DNA from: Nitrosopumilaceae archaeon
Lineage (GTDB): Archaea > Thermoproteota > Nitrososphaeria > Nitrososphaerales > Nitrosopumilaceae
NCBI GenBank assembly: GCA_965200155.1
Contig: CBDATR010000010.1
Span: forward strand, 416,001 to 480,000
Direction: 5' to 3'
Length of the DNA stretch: 64,000 nt
The position numbers were made by a program, and so were the translations under genes. Of the stretch, positions 9,289 to 20,773 are shown in pieces. The notes beneath the pieces were generated by a model, which saw only the letters and a list, made by a program, of their open reading frames with translations, did no database searches and had not been told where the DNA came from. Position 1 is the stretch's first letter; every line of letters begins with the position of its first letter.

Positions 9289-10770
9289 TTATTCTGTGCC
9301 CAGCCGTATTATGCCCTGCTCCACCAGATATGTAATGCCCTGTAGAAACTCCCTGTCGCTTGTCTGCCCTTCTGCCCACCATTCTATACTGGTACGTATC
9401 CAGTCCTCTATGCCGGTATTCGTATACTGCTGTGGCTGTCCGGACTGGACGCGTATGATATCGTGGTTTGCCAGATATGCTATGGCGTCTATGAATGCAT
9501 CATCCGGGATGTCGCCATTGACCCACCATGCCGCGGTGGTTCTCACCCATGAGGGTACGGACTGATCCTGTGCGCGTAATATGATGGGCATGGATGCAGA
9601 AGCCAGAGTGTTTCCGCCCAATTCATAATAGTTTATGGTTATCAACTGCGAGGCTGCCGGTACTGTGAACTGTGCACTGGTGGATGTGTCGATACTGGAG
9701 ACCCCACTCTGGGTGTGTATGACTGTACCGTCTTGTGTAACGTCCATTCGGTAGGGCTCTTCCACCACAATGCTTCGCAGGTATACATCGGTCACGTTGA
9801 AGGATATGGTGGTCATGCTCTGTTCATCCTGGTATGCATGGGCAAGTATACGAAACTGTGCATTGCCGGTGACTGCGCTATACGGCGCCTGGGGGGCCGG
9901 TTCCAGCACAAACTCCATGATGTCTGTTTCCTCTATGGCTCGGTATATCTCCATCAGATTCTTTTGCAATAGTACGATGTGTATTACGCGACTGTCCTCA
10001 AAATAGTCGTCTATGGCTATGCGGTCTTGCGGTAGTGCAATGCCATTAACAGTTGCCTGAAATTCCGATAGTAGTAAGTCCCCGTATGTCTGGGGTACAA
10101 ACATCTCCACGTGGACTGCCTCTATCTCCTGTATTATTTCGGGATCCCATTCAAAGGGCATGGCAAAGGATGCAATTCTGGAGCTGGTATCGTATGATAT
10201 GTGGGACATCTCATCATAATATGTGCGCAGGGTCATGTTTTGCCGTCCCCAATCCGGGTCTTGTATGATGATGTCATATGATATGGGAATGGATATGGCG
10301 GATCTGAATAACGGGGGGGTGTCTACGTCTCGGCCATTCAGCGTTAACACCCGTATGTCAAAAGAGTACAGGCCACCGCCACCCAGATCCGGACTCGTCA
10401 TGCGGAATCTCTGCTCTTCCAATATGCCAAAGAGTCCGCCCTGACGTATCTCGGTCAGCGGGGTAGGCTCGCCTGACGCAAACTCAAACAGTATCCGGCC
10501 GTCTCCCTGCCGGAATGTCTCTGAGAACAAGTGCGTACGACCATGCATGGCCGTTATTTCATATGTGGCATCATTTATGCGGGTCTGGTCTTCTACACGT
10601 ATCATTCCCATGTCTATACGTACCATGTCATCCTCCTGTGCCGAGTCAACCTGTATAGTCGCCAGTATGTCTCCTATGAGTACCGGCGGTAGTGTCTCAC
10701 TTCCGGTACCGTGACCATATACAACTCCTGCCGTTGTTACCAGTAGAATAATGGCAAGCCACCATGTCAT
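9289..10770 (-). CDS. secreted/surface protein with thaumarchaeal C-terminal IPxW repeats
   Basis: Signal peptide then HGTGSET; VPSWVRTTAAWWVNGDIPDDAF and WIRTSIEWWAEGQTSDREF repeats. Confidence 0.8.
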   Translation of the reverse strand: MTWWLAIILLVTTAGVVYGHGTGSETLPPVLIGDILATIQVDSAQEDDMVRIDMGMIRVEDQTRINDATYEITAMHGRTHLFSETFRQGDGRILFEFASGEPTPLTEIRQGGLFGILEEQRFRMTSPDLGGGGLYSFDIRVLTLNGRDVDTPPLFRSAISIPISYDIIIQDPDWGRQNMTLRTYYDEMSHISYDTSSRIASFAMPFEWDPEIIQEIEAVHVEMFVPQTYGDLLLSEFQATVNGIALPQDRIAIDDYFEDSRVIHIVLLQKNLMEIYRAIEETDIMEFVLEPAPQAPYSAVTGNAQFRILAHAYQDEQSMTTISFNVTDVYLRSIVVEEPYRMDVTQDGTVIHTQSGVSSIDTSTSAQFTVPAASQLITINYYELGGNTLASASMPIILRAQDQSVPSWVRTTAAWWVNGDIPDDAFIDAIAYLANHDIIRVQSGQPQQYTNTGIEDWIRTSIEWWAEGQTSDREFLQGITYLVEQGIIRLGTE

Positions 10771-10825
10771 GCATATGATGGAGTGGGTGTTTTGGATAAA
10801 AATCTAGACGGTACTGGAGTGTTCT

Positions 10826-11730
10826 TGTAATGTATGAAAAGTCGGTCCGCTAGTCATTGGCATCCCACTCCATCCATTTTGCATCATTTGCCCTAATTGT
10901 CTGGGTCGCCTTTTTATTCCTGAAGCGGTGTTTCGCCGTTATCTATCCAGTGAGAAGTGCAATCTTCTCTCATTGTGGTAGTCCACATAATCCCGGAGAC
11001 TGTCATAATGCCATATCTCCTCCTCAATCGTTCTGTGGAAGCGCTCCAGTTTGCCATTTGTCTGCGGGCGGTATGGTCTGGAATTGATTAGTACGATGTC
11101 TTGATCCAGCAGTTCTTCCTAGAATAGTGGGTTTCCAGTTCTTTTTGTCCTTTTATTGTCCTACGAAACACGCGCCGTTATCCATGCAGGGGCGCCGAAT
11201 CGTTTCATTGCCAGTCTCAGTAGAGTGGTGTTCTCTGAGGTTGCATGCTAGAATAGTGCCGCTCCGACTACACCTGGATGCATCATCTATGAGATTCAGT
11301 CCCCTGAAGCGCTCATCTTTCATTGCATGCCAGTGCCACATTGCATTGGAATATTTACGCTCATAGCGTACCCACTCTGCAGGTGATGAGACTGTCGTGC
11401 CGTTCTTTTTCATTATGCGATATACTGTAATTCTGTCTAAAGCCTCTTTGCAATACGTACTACTCTGGCGGGATCCTTGCTGTATGCTTCAGTTACCATT
11501 CGTATCTGGGTGGCGGTGATTGGTATCATGGACTGCCCATCTTTACTCGAGTCGTTCCCGTTCTCTGGTTCACAATCTTCGTACGTGTCTTGTTTCAGGT
11601 CTTGAGCTATGTTGGTTGCGGCAACGCCTCTTTTGTCTTGATTCCTCTGTTATTCTCTTTACCATCTGGCTTGTGCAATCTGAACTACTGTACGCCGGAT
11701 CCTAAGCGGACTTACTTTTCGTACTATTGA
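10826..11730 (-). mobile_element. IS481-family derivative, copy 2
   Basis: Near-identical to copy 1 in reverse; perfect 16-bp DR GGTACTGGAGTGTTCT at 10810-10825 and 11731-11746. Confidence 0.9.
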
Positions 11731-11783
11731 GGTACTGGAGTGTTCTTTGACTATTTTTAAGCCGGTGGTGTGCTACGGCGCCC

Positions 11784-12404
11784 GTGCTGAGGACTGGGAT
11801 GAAAAAACTGGACAGCTTTTTGGGTGGTTCTATGAGGCGCGGTACTATCACCGACATATATGGGCCCAGCGGATCTGGCAAGACCCAGCTACTACATCAA
11901 ATATGTGCATTGGCTGCCGATGCTGGAGTCAGTGTGGCATATGTGGACACTACCGGTAACTTTAGGCCCGAGCGCGTTCTGCAGATGTGCCGCCGTCCCG
12001 AATCATTGGAGCGGATCGCAACATTCCGTGCAATGTGCATATCTGATCAAATGTCTGTCCACCGTACGGTGGGGGACGTCTCTCTGCTGGCAGTGGACAA
12101 TATTACGGATCTATTCTTGTACGAGTATGGGGACGAGTCCTTTACTAGGAACCGCTTGTTTATGCGACACATGCTGGATCTCTCATACCTTGCCTTGAAT
12201 CGTGGGATGCCAGTGATTGTGACAAATATGATACGCCAACATGATGATTCCATGCATGAGAGTATGTACTGGGCCGCGGATGTGTACACACATATCAAGG
12301 TCCGTCTCTCTGGATACCCGGATTATACTGCCGAATGCCAGTACGCTGGCTCCAAGTCAACCTTTGGGTATGTTCTGGAGTCTTCTGGGGTATTGTCCAT
12401 CTGA
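11784..12404 (+). CDS. RadA paralogue (RadB/aRadC-like RecA-family ATPase)
   Basis: TGMKKLDSFLGG, GPSGSGKTQL, YVDTTGNFRPER, VIVTN. Confidence 0.85.
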   Translation: MLRTGMKKLDSFLGGSMRRGTITDIYGPSGSGKTQLLHQICALAADAGVSVAYVDTTGNFRPERVLQMCRRPESLERIATFRAMCISDQMSVHRTVGDVSLLAVDNITDLFLYEYGDESFTRNRLFMRHMLDLSYLALNRGMPVIVTNMIRQHDDSMHESMYWAADVYTHIKVRLSGYPDYTAECQYAGSKSTFGYVLESSGVLSI

Positions 12405-12500
12405 TTGGCATTTGGGTGAGTCCATAATGCCTGCCGCATGAGATGCGCTAGAATATTCGAAATTTTGTCATATTAAATATCACCGTGCAACAGGTTTGGT

Positions 12501-13136
12501 ATGGATCCGGTATCTATACTGCCATTTAGTGAGGATCTTGGATACACTCTGCTGGCACTACTCAGCTTCTTTGGGTCCTTGGTACCATTCATTCCTGTTC
12601 CCTCATTTATACTGCTGGCAACAATGTCTGTTGGCGACACCTTCAATCTTCACGTGCTTGCCATACTCTCGGCCCTGCTCTCTACAGGGGCCAAGCAGAT
12701 AATATTCTATGTAAGCTATGGCGCCCGCCGCATCATGAAGAAAAAGACCCGTGCCCGTATGGCGCCATTCCAGAGACTGGTGAAGCGTTATGGTGCTACC
12801 GCGGCCTTTGTGGCTGCGGCCACTCCAATTCCGGATGATATAGTTTACGTTCCCCTAGGTCTGGCAAAATACAACCCCTTGCGTTTCTTTATAGCCACCC
12901 TCTCGGGGAAACTGGTCTTGCACTATATCATAGTGGTGATTTCCCATTATCTGGGAGCCTCGATTATAGAGCCATACCTTGAGAATGTGACAGATCCAAC
13001 CAGCGTATACATCGGAGTGGTAGTGTTTGGGGTTATGATGACGGTGGTCGTGGTACTCATGTTACGAATGGACTGGGAACGTGTACTGGGCAGGATAGCC
13101 CCCTGGACACTGGATGACTCTGACTCTAAATCCTGA
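12501..13136 (+). CDS. DedA/VTT (SNARE-associated) membrane protein
   Basis: Multiple TM segments, ATPIPDD..PLG motif. Confidence 0.85.
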   Translation: MDPVSILPFSEDLGYTLLALLSFFGSLVPFIPVPSFILLATMSVGDTFNLHVLAILSALLSTGAKQIIFYVSYGARRIMKKKTRARMAPFQRLVKRYGATAAFVAAATPIPDDIVYVPLGLAKYNPLRFFIATLSGKLVLHYIIVVISHYLGASIIEPYLENVTDPTSVYIGVVVFGVMMTVVVVLMLRMDWERVLGRIAPWTLDDSDSKS

Positions 13137-13166
13137 GTGGTATTATTTGCCAATATTCTGTTGCTA

Positions 13167-13736
13167 TTATGCGTGAGTGTGGACTGTTGCAATCCGAAAA
13201 TTCCATTCTCTTGTATCCCTGACTCCTATACGCGGTCCCGCTACTATGTCAGAGTTAATGGGCGGCGCGTCCGCTATGTACAGATCACTTTGCTGTGTAA
13301 GGTCATGACCATACTGTTTTTTATCTATCGAAAGTGCCTTGGTAAGTTTGGCAGGGCCGTCGGTCAGTCCCTTGCTAATCTGCCGGTTACGATTCGACAT
13401 CATGACGCTGACTCCCGTCTGGGGTTGTATGGCGCGTATAAGTACCGCCCCCGCCGCTTGTGTGGAATGGCGCGCCACCACGTTGAAGCAGTAATGCATT
13501 CCATATGTGAAGTAGACGTATGCCCGGCCTGTCTCCCCAAACATTGCCCTGTTCCGCTGCGTCATTTTGCGGTGGGCGTGGCTGGCGGGATCCTCGGAGT
13601 GTCCGTATGCCTCGGTTTCCATTATGGTTCCAGTTAGGATATGTCCATCTATCCTTCTGACAAGACACTTTCCCAACAGTTCTGTCGCCACTGTGGTGAC
13701 TGGGCGACTATAGAAATCTCTAGGCAGGGGATTCAT
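13167..13736 (-). CDS. mpg: 3-methyladenine DNA glycosylase (AAG/MPG family)
   Basis: ETEAY, DPASH, YVYFTYGMH, AVLIRA, GPAKL, PRIG. Confidence 0.93.
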   Translation of the reverse strand: MNPLPRDFYSRPVTTVATELLGKCLVRRIDGHILTGTIMETEAYGHSEDPASHAHRKMTQRNRAMFGETGRAYVYFTYGMHYCFNVVARHSTQAAGAVLIRAIQPQTGVSVMMSNRNRQISKGLTDGPAKLTKALSIDKKQYGHDLTQQSDLYIADAPPINSDIVAGPRIGVRDTREWNFRIATVHTHA

Positions 13737-14298
13737 GGGCCGTCTCCATGTCGTGTATCATGGCAGAGATTCTCCCTATGTCTTCTGTCAGTACGCCCTC
13801 AAGATCCCTGTTGTATATGGCCGCTGCGGGGTGTACCGTGATATAGTATGTATGCCCGTCACGCTGTATTGTCTTGCCACGATTACTGGTTATGCCGGTA
13901 CCGCCCAGCAGGGATCTATATGCAGTATTGCCCATGACGCATATTATGTATGGATTTATGGCCTGAATCTCCCGCTCTAGATGTATGCGACATGCCTCCC
14001 GCTCTGACTGGTGGGGCACACGATTCTTGGGCGGCCTACACTTTACTATGTTGGTTATGTATACTGATTCTCTGGTGATGCCGGACCTTTCCAGTGCCTG
14101 GCCTAAAATCTGGCCTGCCCGCCCCACAAAAGGCCGCCCCCGCAGATCCTCGCTACGGCCAGGTGCCTCGCCCACAAACATTATCCTGGCTCTTCCTGTA
14201 CCTATGCCCGGCACTGCATTAGTCCGGCTCTCGCACAGGGCGCAGCGAGTACATTCCCGAACCGCCGACTCCATTACATCACGGTCCATGTGGACCAT
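13720..14298 (-). CDS. udg: family 4 uracil-DNA glycosylase
   Basis: CxxC, GEAPG, PFVG, TNIVKCRPP, HPAA. Confidence 0.93.
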   Translation of the reverse strand: MVHMDRDVMESAVRECTRCALCESRTNAVPGIGTGRARIMFVGEAPGRSEDLRGRPFVGRAGQILGQALERSGITRESVYITNIVKCRPPKNRVPHQSEREACRIHLEREIQAINPYIICVMGNTAYRSLLGGTGITSNRGKTIQRDGHTYYITVHPAAAIYNRDLEGVLTEDIGRISAMIHDMETAHESPA

Positions 14299-14556
14299 GC
14301 GCAGACCGCTTTAAAATATGTGATAGCCTCATTTCATCTCCGGCATGTTGCCGTGGGGTTCTCGTGTGTGCCAATCTGCACTGACTATCTTCCGGTAGCC
14401 GGGATTGTGTAAAAGAACTCATCCACAAAGCTGTGGTCGTTCTCGCCTCGGTGGCGCAGCGAATCAAAGTATTTGGCACATTGTGTGTAAAAGTCTGGGT
14501 TTCTTTCTGTTGACTCTTCCATGATGTGTGTTACATTTTTAGTATTTAGGGGCTCG

Positions 14557-14682
14557 GTATCGTTTAGGTCTCATAACCTGTCCACCGGACATACCAGCCA
14601 GGCCGAATATCCGAAAGTCAGGATGTTACGTGATAATGATGCCAAGCGCATTAACAATGTCGTGATTAGCTAACCTGAATCA
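14557..14682. mobile_element. possible degenerate family-2 MITE remnant
   Basis: GTATCGTTTAGGTC end at 14557; weak flanking repeat AGGGGCT. Confidence 0.35.
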
Positions 14683-15119
14683 GGGGGCTGAAGGCATAGT
14701 GAAGTATAAAGTTGCTGGATGAACGTTTAGCTAACGCAAAGGAATGGTTTGACTGCAAGCATAATTGATCGATGACCGACGAATGGCAAACTTGGGCATG
14801 ACAGGTACGCGAATCTTATGGGCGCATAAGTGGTTGGGATCAGTAACAAGTACCATGTTACCTAGGCCAGAAATCTGGAGACAGTAATTGACATGCCGGT
14901 TCAAAAATTGAAAAGACAATAGTCTCTGGTATTGTGATAACCCGTATGCCCCTCCATCACAAACCGCTACGCAAAGAAATGCGAAAGCCACTGACAAGCT
15001 CTCTACTCTCCAAAAACACACATGATTAAACTAGTGGTTGATCTTGCAATCGACCCATATCTTTTTGGGCAAGTAGTGTACCATTCTGCTCAATTAGTGT
15101 GTCGTTCTGCTTCGAGTTG

Positions 15120-15211
15120 GTATGAGTTCACGTCTTCCGGAATCTTGTGCACAAATCACATTAACTGTCGCGATCAGTTGTGCGTAAATTTAGACACAGG
15201 TGAACTCATAC
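15120..15211 (-). mobile_element. 92-bp MITE
   Basis: TIRs GTATGAGTTCAC; TSD TCGAGTTG. Confidence 0.95.
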
Positions 15212-15271
15212 TCGAGTTGTGCTTTGCATAATCTATGAGATAATCTGTGTTCTTTGCAATTTTCTTGGTGC

Positions 15272-15529
15272 TTAGTGATGTCTCCTACTTCTTGATATGT
15301 CCTTGATCTCGGCTAACATTCTATCAATACTCTCTAATGTACTCTCATCGTTCTCCAACATCTTGTTGACACTCGATATTTCCTTGAGTTTGTTTTCCAT
15401 TCTTTTTTGACCCTCCACAATAAGGTCTAGAGAGGATGCTCCCGCCATAATCGCGATGAGCGTTTCTTCTTGTATATCCTCTATTATCTTCTCTAAGCAG
15501 GAGCACTCTCCAGTGGCAGCAGTATATTC
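15272..15529 (-). pseudogene. coiled-coil hypothetical protein, 5' end cut by IS66
   Basis: The ORF-track start lies inside the IS66 TIR. Confidence 0.35.
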
Positions 15530-16403
15530 GTATGAGTTCACGTGTTTTGATCACATAATAAGATAGAATGCATCCCAGTTTTTTTAATTATAACTGCATT
15601 CTGGCAGCAACCTCGTTCATAACAGAAAGGCCTTGAGCCCTCCATGTCTGAACACATGATACGAATGTGGACATGCGGCGCATTGCCCTTTCGCCACCCT
15701 TTATCTGGCCACTAATCTTGCGGAATACCACTGCGTATCGCAAAGCCTGCTCCGCTGGATTGTTGGTGGGCTCTACACTGTCATATTCTAAGAATACGAA
15801 CATGCCGGGTATGGCCTTATTCAATCCTTTTACCTTCTTTTGCAGTTCAGTATCATCAACATCACAGTACTGATGCATCTGCTCCTGTCTCAAATGAGTG
15901 TCGTAATTGCGCGGACGGCCCGCAGTGATTCAGGGATTCCCGTGCGCTCCGGAACAATCCTTTCAGGTCGTTGTCAAGTTTGATCCGGGCGTCCTGATCA
16001 CCGGGATCAATATAGAATCCTGCATGTAATATACTGGTATCGCGCAATAAATGCGCCCAACACAACTGGTGCTTCCCACCGTCATCAAACCGGCGGTACA
16101 CAACGTACCTGTCCGTTACTATCGCTCCCTGGTAACCGTTCAGGTATTTGTTCACTACATTTGAACTCCTACTTTTGTCATATATGGACATCATCCACTC
16201 TTCGGCTCGCATCCCCCATACCCAGCCACGCCTACCCGCCAGTGATATACCAGTTTCGTCCACATGAATGCTGGGTGATTTTATTATATTTTCATGAATT
16301 GTTTCCATAAATGATTCACATGCATCGGCGGCCCTGGCAATTATGTTGTTTACTGCACCCACCGATATATTTAGGCCGAAGAGATCCTTCGAAATTACAG
16401 GTA
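15530..16403 (-). mobile_element. IS66 family 1, 3' half (frameshifted transposase), truncated by a MITE
   Basis: Nearly identical to 45483-46363; an 8-bp deletion near 15877 shifts the frame. Confidence 0.92.
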
Positions 16404-16504
16404 GTATGAGTTCACCTGTGTCTAAATGGAACGGGTCATTCTATAACTGATCGCGACAGTTAATGTGATTTGTGCACAAGATTCCGGAAGACGTGAACTC
16501 ATAC
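16404..16504 (+). mobile_element. MITE (variant with TGGAACGGGTCATTCT), no TSD
   Basis: TIRs present; flanks differ; abuts truncated IS66. Confidence 0.93.
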
Positions 16505-16909
16505 AATGGTTTTACTCTAGTTGTTCTATATAAGTACGGTCCTATACCCGGCAAAGACTTATGGTGGGCGCTATACATCCTGAATTTCTCCATAGACATC
16601 AATGATTGTTCTATATTTTATCATAATATATAGATATATATACAATTAAACTATGCAATATAAAACATGTAAATTAACAATAGTATGTGCAATATTGTGA
16701 CTTGGGCGTACTATTGCCAGGGACATGGGCGAATGTATTTACCATATTCGACTCGGCCATATTCTACTTCGGTAGCCCGCGTTCAGGTCATGTTTTATGA
16801 CGTCACAAATGCTCACGTTTGGATATCTGATCTTTTACTCGATCTAAACGGTTACACTCGGCAGAGTCTGATCGTGTATGATGTTGTCTCATTTCACGGT
16901 ATATGGAAA

Positions 16910-18363
16910 TTAATCTGGAGAAACAGGCGAGTTTGTTGCATAACTGACTTTGACAGAATACAGGTTCCCCATGTCGTAATCTACGTTGCTACCGCGTCCA
17001 CCCACTCGTTGTACTCGTATGTTATCCCATTTCCGCGCCATTAATCCGTGTCCGAATAATCGTTTGAACGGGAACCGGCTCTGATTATCTAGATTATCCA
17101 TCGCCTGTTGTACCCTTTTACCGCCTTCTAGGTATGAGTTCACGTGTTTTGATCATACGATGAAACTTGATATGACAATATTTGGTTAAATTGTAGTATG
17201 AGCAGACGCCGGCCATGAGGAACTGCAAATCTCCGGATACCCTTGCGTCTACCAAGAGAGATCTTGCACACTACAAGGAACGTGTAAGAAGCAGACATAA
17301 CATAGAAAAAATGCGTTTAGAAATTATGTAAATGAATTGGAAGGAAAACAAGGGAAAATTGCGGTAATCATGGCTCGGCTTATATGAGAATGCTCACTCT
17401 CCACCATCCCTCCAGTACAAGCATGAGGTTGCTATAAGAATGCAGTTATAATTAAAAAAACTCGGATGCATTCTATCATATCATATGATCAAAACACGTG
17501 AACTCATACCCTTCTAGTACTGCTTGTTTTTGGCCTTTTCCTCATCAGAAAGGCGGAAAATGGGCGATTCCGGGCTTCCTCCAAGACTGCAAGTCCCCAT
17601 GAGTCGCCTCTCCTTTGGTGGAATTTAGCTGAAGTGGAATGGTTGTTCGGATTCGATTATGACTGCACAATTTCATGTTATGCCTGGACGCGTATACTCC
17701 ATCTGCAAGCAACTCGAGGTTGCATGCGCGCTTGTCATCATTATTCGGTAAGGGGGACACACCGTTAGTCAGCGCGTTTCCGGGTGGTGACTTATCTGTT
17801 GATCCTGCCAGAGATGACAACTGTTGCAATGGGTCCGGAACTTTCCAATTCCAGGGTGTGCTCCCTGTCCAGTTGTGGCTCTTCTGCATACGAGCCCAGT
17901 ACTGCATTGTTTAACATGCGCGTATCCCCAACCCACTCGCCGGTAACCCTAAATGCATATGCTCTCCCAGTCCGCGAGCACTGATGAATCCGCGTCTCTT
18001 TTTCCATTTGGCTCTTATCCACTCACCACGATTCAGGGCCGGTCGAGTCCACAATCATTGGCCCTCGTCAGCTTTTTGTCTGTGCCGACAATCATGCCAT
18101 TCCCCTTGTTAATGTCAAGATCTTTTCCGCGTCTGTATATTGTGGAGTAGTGCGGGGTTTGATGCCCTTCTAGTAGTCCTGCAAGGAATCCGGATACCTG
18201 CCTGTATCTCATACCTAATGCCGTTCTCAGTATCATGTAACATGTCCACGACATACCGGTAGGGAGCACCCTCCTTGTTATGGTTGGCCTTTTCAATTCC
18301 ACGCATGATCAAAGCCAAATAGCCTTCCGCTGGACGTACTTGGCATTGTCGGTGAATACCATC
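16910..18363 (-). pseudogene. IS5-family (ISH1/IS903-like) transposase pseudogene
   Basis: Fragments KEGAPYRY, YRQVSGFL..PHYSTIYRR, LLADGVY, FKRLFG spread over several frames. Confidence 0.7.
17132..17509 (+). mobile_element. 378-bp internally deleted IS66 family-1 derivative
   Basis: Both long TIRs (GTATGAGTTCACGTGTTTTGATCA); TSD CCTTCTAG. Confidence 0.9.
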
Positions 18364-18482
18364 AAGTTTGTTTAAAAAATCTCAGATATTAATGCTTGGA
18401 TCCAAGTTAGTAATCACTGACAGAATAAACGAAAATACTCAAACCTTTTCACATACATTTTTGATCTAACTTGTTTGGAGTT

Positions 18483-18653
18483 ATGCAGCAAACTAAAACA
18501 GGCGCAGTTTTATTTACCAATAAGGAATATGATACCGTGGAGCACGAGTTGGAGGAGGCAACCCGCATTCTCTGGTTTGTTGGTTTGGCGGCCGGTATTG
18601 CCATCCTGTTCTATGTGATGCGTGTGCGGCGTTATCCCAAGGATCCCAAATGA
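18483..18653 (+). CDS. small single-TM membrane protein
   Basis: Hydrophobic ILWFVGLAAGIAILFYVM followed by a basic tail. Confidence 0.6.
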   Translation: MQQTKTGAVLFTNKEYDTVEHELEEATRILWFVGLAAGIAILFYVMRVRRYPKDPK

Positions 18654-18884
18654 TATAGTAACCGTTTAGCCCCCTAGAGTTATGCGAATCTTGTATGACG
18701 GGGCTGTGTAACATGTGTTAGGGTTGAGGTGCTGCAGGAACAGATCCAATGTGACTTGCCTATTACAATGGTTGCGTGTGCGTCACCGTTTATGCGCGGC
18801 AGATTACGATTATTGGAACTGACAAGGTGTGATATGATACGTGACTTGCGTGTGCGTCTAAAATTCATAGACAAGAGTTGGTGT

Positions 18885-20723
18885 GTAACCGTTTAGGTCG
18901 CACCATGACTTAACCATATATTCTGATTAGTCCAATACACGACATATGGAAGACCCCGAGGTTGAGATTCTACGGGACAAGTTAGCCAAGGTCATGGCTG
19001 AATAAGAAAGAAACACCAAAATGAAGAGAAAGATTTGATTATCCGCCGGTTGTCTTAGAGGGAGGATCTGGAGTCAACCAATGCGAGGAAACGTAAAGAA
19101 TTGGCATTGCGTGAGGAATATTTAGCTCAACTAAGGTAGCAGCTCAACCGCAAGCACATACTAATTTGCTCAATAACTGACGGATGGTACATCCAGAAGT
19201 CAAAATACTGCGAGACAAACTAGCCGGATCTATAGGCGCTAACGGTAAACTGATCAGAATAATCAAAGGGAAAGACATGATCATCGAGATACAATCAGAG
19301 AGGATTACAAGGTTGGAGACAGACAAGACAGAATTGAAGATAATACTCGCAGCGAGGGATGTGGAAGTAAAATCATTAAAGAATCGTCTCCGATACTATG
19401 AAAGCCCGCATACCCCAACCATCACAGAACTCCATTCAGAAGATGAAAAAAGCCGCAAAGAAAAAGGTAAACGCCACTCAAGCGAGGCCGGAGGAGCGGG
19501 CACCCAGGAAAATCCCACAACAGAAGGCCTGGCAAAATAGTCCGCAAGACCCCTGACAGGTGTTCAAAATGCGGCTCTAAAAACCTGGAAAAGACCGGCA
19601 ACACCACAACAGACATACCCGTTATTCCGAAAGCCGAGGTTACCGCGCACATAATAGAGGAGTGCCGGTGCCTAGAAGTCATAACATTACGGATATGGTA
19701 CATGAACCCGGAGTGATCCCGGGCACACAATTTGGACCCAACTTATTGACCATGATCACCACTGCATATTACAATGGTTCCACACTGCAGGGTATCGCGT
19801 ACACCATGAAAATGTACGATGCAGGCTCCTGCAAGGCAGCAATACAGCACACCATGGAAGCTGCATCTGAAAAAATGGAGAAAGAGGTGGGAAAAATCCG
19901 GGAGGATTTGGCCAAATCCTAGACCATACTGATGGACGAGACCCCCCTCTCGCTGAACGGCAAGACTGTATACGCGTGGGCGTGCAGTGGAAATGACAGC
20001 ATAGCATACAAGCTGGCCACCTCACGCTCATCGGAGATAATCAAAATGTACTATTCAGACATACTGGACAAGCTAATCACGTGTGACGGATATGCCGGAT
20101 ATAACATATTTTACAATATACGAGGTGCTGGGCACATATTACGGGAATCAAAAGATGCATCCGAGGCCCGGCCCACCGGAAACATTACATAAAATGCTTC
20201 AGGATATACGCCGAGGCCCGGGACTTGAATCCTGAAGAGACGACTCCGGATATCCTAGATTCGTTCGAGATACGTGTGCTCTCCATAGCCACCCGGTGGC
20301 AAAAGCTGGGTGTAAAATTCGGCAATAAGCTGGAAGGGCATCTCCAAATCTGTTTACATTCCTGCGCTACCCCGGAATGGCACCCACTAATAACGAGTCT
20401 GAGCGCGTGCTGCGCCGCTTCGTCATACATCGCAAGATACGCATGTCTTGGGGCTCATACAAGGGTATGAAGGTAGTAGAGAACATCCTGACCTGCATGA
20501 GTATGAGTTCACCTGTGTCTAAATTTACGCATAACTGATCGTGACAGTTAATGTGATTTGTGCACAAGATTCCGGAAGACGTGAACTCATACCTGCATGA
20601 TGACGTGGAGAAAGCGCGGACTCAACACAGATACTGTCCATACTTGGGGCAAGTTAAACGACCATACCAAGAACAATCTGGTGTAGTGCATTTCTCTTTG
20701 CTAAGGGTGACCTAAACGGTTAC
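18885..20723 (+). mobile_element. IS66 family 2 element (transposase pseudogene)
   Basis: TIR GTAACCGTTTAGGTC / GACCTAAACGGTTAC; 9-bp DR RGTTGGTGT; RLRYYESPHTP, MDETP, CDGYAGY, TNNESER fragments. Confidence 0.88.
20501..20592 (+). mobile_element. 92-bp MITE inside IS66 family 2
   Basis: TSD CTGCATGA. Confidence 0.95.
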
Positions 20724-20773
20724 GGTTGGTGTCATCTGTCAACCTTTAAAATATGGTCCGCATTGCCGACCAT

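Noticed and set aside
10810-11746. Casposon, suggested by long target duplications in a thaumarchaeon
   Set aside because: The element is under 1 kb and encodes IS481-type integrase fragments; no Cas1 or PolB.
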